Source: Candidatus Omnitrophota bacterium
GTDB lineage: Bacteria; Omnitrophota; Gorgyraeia; Zapsychrales; JANLHA01
NCBI GenBank assembly: GCA_020632555.1
Contig: JACKFI010000001.1
Location: 133,152-197,151, forward strand
DNA: 64,000 nt
Direction: 5' to 3'
The position numbers and the translations under genes are program-made. This document shows positions 57,715-64,000 of the stretch, in pieces (positions within the stretch are counted from its first letter, which is position 1; each line of letters begins with the position of its first letter). The notes under the pieces are model-generated. The model had not been told where the DNA came from. It searched no databases and saw only the letters and a program-made list of their open reading frames with translations.

Positions 57715-57973
57715 ACAACTGCTGCTACAAATAAAAGGTTGCTACCTTAGAAGTTTTGCTTTGAATAGCTTTTGTCCCGCTTGCGGGACTGAGCTACTCA
57801 AGCGTTTGCATCTAAATCTTTTCTGAGAAAACGCCAGTGCCGCACAATTAGCGGCGCTCGGCACAACTATCTTTTAAGATATTAAATCCAAATCAAAGAC
57901 CAGTGATTCTATCCAACCTCATCCCAAATGTCAACCGCGAAAGCCCACAACGACCACCGCGACACAATCACAA

Positions 57974-58375
57974 CTACGGATGCGACCGTTGAACAATCTT
58001 GGTATAAATATCCTGAGCTAATTTAATTCTTGGCATCATGCCCCGACGAGCTTTGACTCGTAGTTTTACAGTATCTGCGACCGGTTCAGCCACTGTCACC
58101 GTAATATGAGCCCCAGAAACCTTAGCAACAACCACTCCGGCAATTTCATTCTTCTCTTCAATCAGCCCCATAATGGATACTGTATCAACCGCGGCCTGCC
58201 AAATATCCTGCATGGTATATCCACTGACCATGCCCTCAACCGTGTCTGGACTAATCGCATAACCGCCCAAAGCCCCGACGCCGCCAATTACCAAATAAAA
58301 ACAGCCACTGCCGGTCAATAAAAATAAAACCAACGCTATCGAAAAAAAACTTTTCTTAACAGAAAACCTTTCCAC
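57974..58375 (-). CDS. Hypothetical lipoprotein
   Basis: 133 aa. Lipobox LLTGSGC followed by a Gly-rich segment GGVGALGGYA. Confidence 0.5.
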   Translation of the reverse strand: MERFSVKKSFFSIALVLFLLTGSGCFYLVIGGVGALGGYAISPDTVEGMVSGYTMQDIWQAAVDTVSIMGLIEEKNEIAGVVVAKVSGAHITVTVAEPVADTVKLRVKARRGMMPRIKLAQDIYTKIVQRSHP

Positions 58376-58426
58376 CCTTTATCTCCCAACCAAATGAGCA
58401 ATCCATTACAGCGTCAAGATTTTTGC

Positions 58427-58507
58427 TTATCCCTTGCAAGGCTTACGGCCATGATTGGCTTTTTTTGATCGCCAATTCAATTTGCCAACTTTACTTTTAC
58501 GTCCCAT
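58427..58507 (-). CDS. Possible 26-aa highly basic small protein
   Basis: Not in the ORF track (too short). My translation is MGRKSKVGKLNWRSKKANHGRKPCKG. The ATG is preceded by AAGGAGGGGA at optimal spacing. Confidence 0.3.
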   Translation of the reverse strand: MGRKSKVGKLNWRSKKANHGRKPCKG

Positions 58508-58562
58508 TCTGATCCCCTCCTTAATAATTTAAGGTACCATCGTACTACGCGACACGAAAAAA

Positions 58563-59216
58563 TCAAAGCAAAAATTTTCTCACCTGATAAACATTCTCAA
58601 CTACGGCCAAAGGCTTTAAAGCTGTTAATTCTGCAATTGTACTGGAACCTGTTGCTACCGCTACGGTTTTAACTCTCGCCCGCCGGCCGGTCAAAACATC
58701 AATCCCCATATCTCCCACATAGAGAGCTTGAGACGGCTTGAGCTTAAACTTCTTTAAAATCGCCTTAAGAATATCCGCCGCCGGCTTAGGACGCGCCACC
58801 TTATCCCCACATAAAACATAATCGAAGAAAATATTGATTTTTAAATACCTTATCGCAATCAGCGAAAACTTAGTCGGGCGATTGCTGGCCACTGCGATTC
58901 TTAATCCTTGCGCCTGCAAATATTGTAGAATTTTCAACGCGCCCGGCAATAGCTTGGTATCTTTGCGCAAAGCTAAAGCATGATGCTGTCGATAAACACT
59001 CAGCGCTCGGTCAATATCTTTGTCTCCGATTTTGTCCCCCAGAAAAGACTGCAACAAATGCCGGTCACCCCAACCCACTGTGCGTTTAATCGTCGAGTGC
59101 GCAATTGGGGCAAAACCAAATTTATCGACGGTATAATTGACACTGCGATAAACCGCCGGATAAGCGTTCATCAAAGTCCCATCAAGATCAAAAACAACAA
59201 GTTTGATTTTTTTCAT
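58563..59216 (-). CDS. HAD-superfamily hydrolase (phosphoglycolate phosphatase-like)
   Basis: 217 aa. Motif I VVFDLDGTL, motif II VASNR, motif III/IV K..YVGDMGIDV. Confidence 0.85.
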   Translation of the reverse strand: MKKIKLVVFDLDGTLMNAYPAVYRSVNYTVDKFGFAPIAHSTIKRTVGWGDRHLLQSFLGDKIGDKDIDRALSVYRQHHALALRKDTKLLPGALKILQYLQAQGLRIAVASNRPTKFSLIAIRYLKINIFFDYVLCGDKVARPKPAADILKAILKKFKLKPSQALYVGDMGIDVLTGRRARVKTVAVATGSSTIAELTALKPLAVVENVYQVRKFLL

Positions 59217-59376
59217 AGTCGAATATTATAATTTAGAAATATTTTAGAAACTCATCTTATCATCGATTAACTAAATTGCTTGCCTTAGTGCTACAATTTT
59301 ATTTCGATGCTAAGACAAAAAAATCCCGCATGCCGATTTTCCAACATGCGGGATTGTGACGCAATGACTAATGAAC

Positions 59377-62300
59377 TTACAACTTGGGCGAAAGAACAAT
59401 AACGCCAGATTTTACAGTACTGGTATCCTGATCTTGCGGATAAGCCGCAACAACCGTATCTCCACTTAAAGCAATACTCTGCCCAAAATTGAGAATACCG
59501 GCTCCTGCTAAATTATACGCCCAGGCAAAAGAATTATTGGCCTGACGTTTAAAAACAATCACTGAATCCGTTGTATGTATCGAACCTAACGAGAAGGTTT
59601 TAGGATGCATCGCAACGGCGACAGTATTGTCTTTGGCCGTAAGGCTGATAATCGCACTGCTCGAATGCCACGGCAAGCTTAAGCGAGAATACGATGTATT
59701 CCACGTGCTAACCGGCGCTCCATACGGAGCATTGCGCATTTCATTAAAAATAAAAACATTACTCAAAAGAGTAATATCAGGAACAGCACTCAACGCAACA
59801 ATAAGCTGATGACCAACAACCTTGGTTGCCGTCAAAACAGCCTCAGCATTCTGCGGCGTTAATAACCCTATCTCTTGACCAAAATTAGCTATATCGTTTT
59901 CATACGTTTTTTCTAATGTCCAGAGACCTTGTCCTTTGTAACGATAGATAAAGATTTTACTCTTTTCGGTTTCCGAAGCTTTGGGCGCGCCAACTGCAAT
60001 AATCCCATCACCGACAGCTACCGATTGAGCAAATTGAACTTTACCAGCTTCCACTCCAGACAACTTCAATGTGGCCGCATAAGCCCATGCACCATTGTTA
60101 CGACTGATCACATACACAACTTTAGCCGACGGTAAAGAAACCGCCAAGCTGTCTGACGAAAGAGCCAGTTTCATATTACTAACTAAAGCTGGATCTAAAT
60201 TATCAATTTTACTAAGATCCAATTTATTGCCAGCTTGAACCCAAGCATTATTAACTTTGGAGAAAAAATAAAGACTGCTCTGCGCTTGCACAACCAACGC
60301 ATCTTTATTAGCCGCCAAAGTCTTGCCAAACTGATCACCATCTGCCAAACCTACAGGCGCGATAATCGCGGGCACAGGCACAGACTGTGTTGCATCAACA
60401 GGCATGCTCTTATATTGATAAACAACACCTTTGCCATTAACACTAGGGGCTCCGACGAATAATTCATTGCTCTCTTGCAAAACAGCAACGCTTTGCGCAA
60501 AACCAATGTTAAACTGCGGCGTTGCCAAACGGCCTGCTGACAGATTATCCAAATTGCTATAATACTCACCAACCGTGATTTTATCAGCTGGCTTTTTTAT
60601 AGCAGCAATAAATGAATCCATCACAAATTTTGCTTTCGCAGGATCTTTTAATGCCCAAATATTTTGAAAATACTTATTCATTGCATACTTTGTGTTCCAA
60701 AGCATTTTACTATCATAATAGTTACCAACGTTTGTTTTATCTGCCGGATTAAGAACTACGGCTATAATGGATTCCATCACAAACTTCTCTTTGGCAGGAT
60801 CCTTCGCCTGCGCCAAAATCGAAACATAACTATTGATTGCCGCTTGAGCTTTAAGCACAGCCGTTTGATCATAATACTGCCCAATTGTGGTTTTATCCGC
60901 AGGATTTAAAACTGTGGCCAACAATGATGTCATCACAAACTTCGCCTTAGCTGGATCTTCGTTCCCAGCCGATAAAACTGTGAAATAATTGTCAATCGCG
61001 ACTTTCGCTTTTGTCACCGCCACTTGATCCAAATACTGACCAATTGCGGTTTTGTCGGCAGGATTTAAAACTGTGGCCAACAATGATGTCATCACAAACT
61101 TCGCCTTAGCTGGATCTTCGTTCCCAGCCGATAAAACTGTGAAATAATTGTCAATCGCGGCTTTCGCTTTTGTCACCGCCACTTGATCCAAATACTGACC
61201 AATTGCGGTTTTGTCGGCAGGATTTAAAACTGTGGCCAACAATGATGTCATCACAAACTTCGCCTTAGCTGGATCTTCGTTCCCAGCCGATAAAACTGTG
61301 AAATAATTGTCAATCGCGGCTTTCGCTTTTGTCACCGCCACTTGATCCAAATACTGACCAATTGCGGTTTTGTCGGCAGGATTTAAAACTGTGGCCAACA
61401 ATGATGTCATCACAAACTTCGCCTTAGCTGGATCTTCGTTCCCAGCCGATAAAACTGTGAAATAATTGTCAATCGCGGCTTTCGCCTTTGTCACCGCCAC
61501 TTGATCCAAATACTGACCAATCGCGGTTTTGTCGGCGGGATTTAAAACCGTCGCAATCACTCTATCCATAACCAATTTTGCATTAACTGGATTTTGTACC
61601 GCAGCCAATAAAACCTGAAAATAATTATCAATTGTAATTTTAGAATTTGTTACCGCAGATTGATTGTAATAATCTCCAACAATCGCTTTTTCTGCAGGAT
61701 TCAAAACTGCAGCAATAGCCGAATCCATCGCCAGTTTTGCTTGCGCTGGATTTTTGGTAACAATCAACAATGTCGCAAAATAATCATCAATCGCAGCTTT
61801 AGCTTTATTAACAGCCATCTGAGACATTCCAATGCTGTAATAATTTGCAACAATGGTTTTGTCAGCAGCATTAAGAACCGTCGCCATTACAGCCTCCATA
61901 ACAGCTTTTGCCGTTGCTGGATTTTGCCCAGCGGCCAAAGCAGAAAAATAATTATCAATCGCAACTTTGGCCTTCACAATAGCTGTTTGGCCGTAATAAT
62001 TATTAACAATAAGTCTATCCGATGGATTAAGAACCGCCGCCATAGCGGCTTCCATGACAGTTTTCGCTATTGCTGGATTTTGCGCAGCCATCAAAGCAGA
62101 AAAATAATTATCAACCGCAGCTTTGGCCTTCACAATAGCCGTTTGGCCGTAATAATTATTAACAATAAGTTTATCTGATGGATTAAGAACCGCCGCCATA
62201 GCGGCTTCCATGACAGTTTTCGCTATTGCTGGATTTTGCGCAGCCATTAAAGCAGCAAAATACTTATCAATCGCCGCTTTGGCCTTCACAATAGCCGTTT

Positions 62301-63051
62301 GGCCGTAATAATTATTAACAATAAGTCTATCTGATGGATTAAGAACCGCCGCCATAGCGGCTTCCATGACAGTTTTCGCTATTGCTGGATTTTGCGCAGC
62401 CATCAAAGCAGCAAAATAATTATCAACCGCCGCTTTGGCCTTCACAATAGCTGTTTGGCCGTAATAATTACTAACAATAAGTTTATCTGATGAATTAAGA
62501 ACCGCCGCTATAGCGGCTTCCATGACAGTTTTCGCTATTGCTGGATTTTGCGCAGCCATCAAAGCAGCAAAATACTTATCAATCGCAGCTTTGGCCTTCA
62601 CAATAGCTGTTTGGCCGTAATAATTACTAACAATAAGTTTATCTGATGGATTAAGAACCGCCGCCATAGCGGCTTCCATGACAGTTTTCGCTATTGCTGG
62701 ATTTTGCGCAGCCATCAAAGCAGCAAAATAATTATCAACCGCCGCTTTGGCCTGAATAATAGCTGTTTGACCATAATAATTATTCACGATAGATCTATCT
62801 GCCGTGTTAACTACGGCAGCCATGGCCTGATCCATTGCAACCTTAGCTGCTGATGGATTCTGTCCACTCAACAAGACGCTAAAGTAATTGTCAATAGCCA
62901 CTTTAGCAGCTTCGACAGAAGTCAACTGCACTGCTGTCCCCACACTTGAACTTTGAGCATACACCATACTGGGCAATGCCAGCATGCCAAAACCAGCGCA
63001 CGCTCCCAACAATACAACAACAACCTTCTTAACCAAACTCTTTCGATTCAT
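59377..63051 (-). CDS. Large secreted repeat protein: about 15 tandem 52-54-aa helical repeats plus a C-terminal FG-GAP-like beta-propeller region
   Basis: 1224 aa. Signal peptide ..PSMVYAQ. Repeats of the form AKAAIDNYFxxLxAxxxPAxAKxVMxxxxAxVLNPxDKxxxxxYYxQxAxxK. C-terminal ~390 aa has FAQSVAV..VGAP, FGKTLA, FAQSVAVGDGIIAVGAP, FGQEIGL, FGQSIALSGDTVVAAYP. Confidence 0.8.
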   Translation of the reverse strand: MNRKSLVKKVVVVLLGACAGFGMLALPSMVYAQSSSVGTAVQLTSVEAAKVAIDNYFSVLLSGQNPSAAKVAMDQAMAAVVNTADRSIVNNYYGQTAIIQAKAAVDNYFAALMAAQNPAIAKTVMEAAMAAVLNPSDKLIVSNYYGQTAIVKAKAAIDKYFAALMAAQNPAIAKTVMEAAIAAVLNSSDKLIVSNYYGQTAIVKAKAAVDNYFAALMAAQNPAIAKTVMEAAMAAVLNPSDRLIVNNYYGQTAIVKAKAAIDKYFAALMAAQNPAIAKTVMEAAMAAVLNPSDKLIVNNYYGQTAIVKAKAAVDNYFSALMAAQNPAIAKTVMEAAMAAVLNPSDRLIVNNYYGQTAIVKAKVAIDNYFSALAAGQNPATAKAVMEAVMATVLNAADKTIVANYYSIGMSQMAVNKAKAAIDDYFATLLIVTKNPAQAKLAMDSAIAAVLNPAEKAIVGDYYNQSAVTNSKITIDNYFQVLLAAVQNPVNAKLVMDRVIATVLNPADKTAIGQYLDQVAVTKAKAAIDNYFTVLSAGNEDPAKAKFVMTSLLATVLNPADKTAIGQYLDQVAVTKAKAAIDNYFTVLSAGNEDPAKAKFVMTSLLATVLNPADKTAIGQYLDQVAVTKAKAAIDNYFTVLSAGNEDPAKAKFVMTSLLATVLNPADKTAIGQYLDQVAVTKAKVAIDNYFTVLSAGNEDPAKAKFVMTSLLATVLNPADKTTIGQYYDQTAVLKAQAAINSYVSILAQAKDPAKEKFVMESIIAVVLNPADKTNVGNYYDSKMLWNTKYAMNKYFQNIWALKDPAKAKFVMDSFIAAIKKPADKITVGEYYSNLDNLSAGRLATPQFNIGFAQSVAVLQESNELFVGAPSVNGKGVVYQYKSMPVDATQSVPVPAIIAPVGLADGDQFGKTLAANKDALVVQAQSSLYFFSKVNNAWVQAGNKLDLSKIDNLDPALVSNMKLALSSDSLAVSLPSAKVVYVISRNNGAWAYAATLKLSGVEAGKVQFAQSVAVGDGIIAVGAPKASETEKSKIFIYRYKGQGLWTLEKTYENDIANFGQEIGLLTPQNAEAVLTATKVVGHQLIVALSAVPDITLLSNVFIFNEMRNAPYGAPVSTWNTSYSRLSLPWHSSSAIISLTAKDNTVAVAMHPKTFSLGSIHTTDSVIVFKRQANNSFAWAYNLAGAGILNFGQSIALSGDTVVAAYPQDQDTSTVKSGVIVLSPKL
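60902..61537. repeat. 4 x 159-bp nearly identical in-frame tandem repeats inside the 1224-aa gene
   Basis: GGATTTAAAACTGTGGCCAACAATGATGTCATCAC.. recurs at 60902, 61061, 61220 and 61379. Only about 1-6 nt differ between copies by eye. Confidence 0.9.
61972..62751. repeat. 5 x 156-bp highly similar in-frame tandem repeats inside the 1224-aa gene
   Basis: CATAGCGGCTTCCATGACAGTTTTCGCTATTGCTGGATTTTGCGCAGCCAT recurs with a 156-bp period (for example 62041 and 62197). Encodes repeat copies 2-6. Confidence 0.9.
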
Positions 63052-63402
63052 ATAAACTCTCCTGTAAAATTAGTTTTCATTGAATATTTAAAAAAACTTA
63101 AGCATCAAAGGTTAATGCTTGGTCGCCAAACCACGCCAGATCCATCGATTGTTATATAGGGAAGGGTGCAACAGGTGATTTAGCTTGAAGGCTCCATTTA
63201 AGGAAGCTTGAATCTTAACCAATGATCCTAAAGTCTTACTAGAAGCACAGGACTCTGAAAAAGAGCATTGAAATCATTACGTCAAATGTAACATGCCAAT
63301 TGAAAATTGGCAAATTAATTTGACTAACCCAAAAATCTGATATTAAGTGATTAATTAACACAAAAAACAACCCTAGAAAAGGGCTGAGAAATGGGTGCTT
63401 TG

Positions 63403-63588
63403 CTACTTTTGCAGCAAATACAAAATCAACAAACCGCCCAGAGCCAACAAAACGCCAATAAATCCGCGAAAAACGACCATTACATCATTCCACCACAACA
63501 AAACCAAGGTTATACCCGCAATCATCACTGATAACCCAAGAATAAAACGCAGAATCTTGCCAAATGTGGATGATGACTTAGGCTGCAT
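63403..63588 (-). CDS. Possible small membrane protein (61 aa)
   Basis: Internal start MQPKSSSTFGKILRFILGLSVMIAGITLVLLWW.. has two TM helices. The ATG at 63588 overlaps the acyltransferase stop. The longer track ORF (to 63723) would overlap that gene extensively. Confidence 0.3.
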   Translation of the reverse strand: MQPKSSSTFGKILRFILGLSVMIAGITLVLLWWNDVMVVFRGFIGVLLALGGLLILYLLQK

Positions 63589-64000
63589 AATCAGACTCCT
63601 TATCCGTCTGTCGATTTTCAGGCACCTGCGTCTTCCACCGCCTGTGCATCCAGCCCCATTCATGCGGATATTTGCGAATATATCCTTCAATGATTTTTGT
63701 AATCTTGGCGACATTGGCAACAATCATCTCTTGGCTATCTTCACGCTGTTCCAATTGCATTTCCGGTTCAATGGCAATTTTATTAACATCATCTTCTTGA
63801 CGGCGAATAAAAATCGGCACAATCGGAGCCCCGGCTCTTTGCGCTAAAACAATCGGACCCGGCGCGGTTGCCGCTTTTTGTCCAAAAAAATCAACAAAAA
63901 CTCCGCCGCTGCTGCCAAAATTTTGATCCATTAAAATAAACACAATCTCATTATTACGCAAAGCTTTGAGCGTATCCATCACGGCTTTTTTGCGCGGCAA
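63578..64000 (-). CDS. LpxL/HtrB-type lysophospholipid (lipid A) acyltransferase, C-terminal part (gene runs off the window end)
   Basis: 140 aa visible. IVFILMDQNFG, GVFVDFFGQKAATAPGPIVLAQRAGAPIVPIFIRR, typical of the late lipid A acyltransferase family. Confidence 0.65.
   Translation of the reverse strand: MPRKKAVMDTLKALRNNEIVFILMDQNFGSSGGVFVDFFGQKAATAPGPIVLAQRAGAPIVPIFIRRQEDDVNKIAIEPEMQLEQREDSQEMIVANVAKITKIIEGYIRKYPHEWGWMHRRWKTQVPENRQTDKESDYAA

Noticed and set aside
61660-62178. Plus-strand 172-aa ORF inside the 1224-aa repeat gene
   Set aside because: Its internal periodicity (IIINRSFG..HNS) only mirrors the antisense of the 156-bp repeats. The minus-strand frame is continuous for 1224 codons with a signal peptide.
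63395-63847. Plus-strand 150-aa ORF at the window end
   Set aside because: It is antisense to the LpxL-type acyltransferase and the small membrane ORF, and its translation is low complexity.

Overview
AT-rich bacterial window. About 55 of roughly 60 genes lie on the minus strand. An outer-membrane porin, lipoproteins and an LpxL-type acyltransferase point to a Gram-negative-type envelope. All calls rest on reading the supplied translations and raw sequence by eye; no searches were run. Housekeeping content: a complete GlgE-route alpha-glucan operon (glgE, treS-pep2 fusion, glgB), eno-ftsB, purN, an FtsH-family protease, an HAD phosphatase, and three tRNAs (initiator-like Met, Thr-CGT, Phe-GAA). 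Accessory content worth attention: (1) An accessory island of about 13 kb lies on the 3' side of the tRNA-fMet gene. It carries an IS256-family transposase, a HEPN/MNT pair, an AbiEi/AbiEii pair, a Fic protein and an Rtc RNA-repair module with unusual layout: CARF-RtcR with GAFNCA in place of GAFTGA, then rtcB, a 296-nt structured spacer containing a tRNA T-arm motif, an SPFH gene, and rtcA. A sigma54-promoter-like motif (three near-identical copies plus one degenerate copy) punctuates the island. (2) Three tandem secreted tail-fibre-like proteins carry C-terminal S74 intramolecular-chaperone domains. They are followed by an MFS transporter and two TMTC-like GT-C/TPR glycosyltransferases, with no phage genes nearby. 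(3) A 1224-aa secreted protein has about 15 tandem 52-54-aa helical repeats, some nearly nucleotide-identical, and an FG-GAP-like C-terminus. (4) An ArsS-type radical-SAM plus two-glycosyltransferase cluster sits with a flavoprotein disulfide reductase, a TVP38/DedA protein and a GST. (5) A lipid-related run of genes includes an HMG-CoA reductase with no other mevalonate genes in view, next to a cysteine-less LOV-like PAS-LuxR regulator. (6) All three tRNA genes are flanked by tandem repeats that reuse tRNA-end fragments. No CRISPR array, rRNA or clear prophage was seen.
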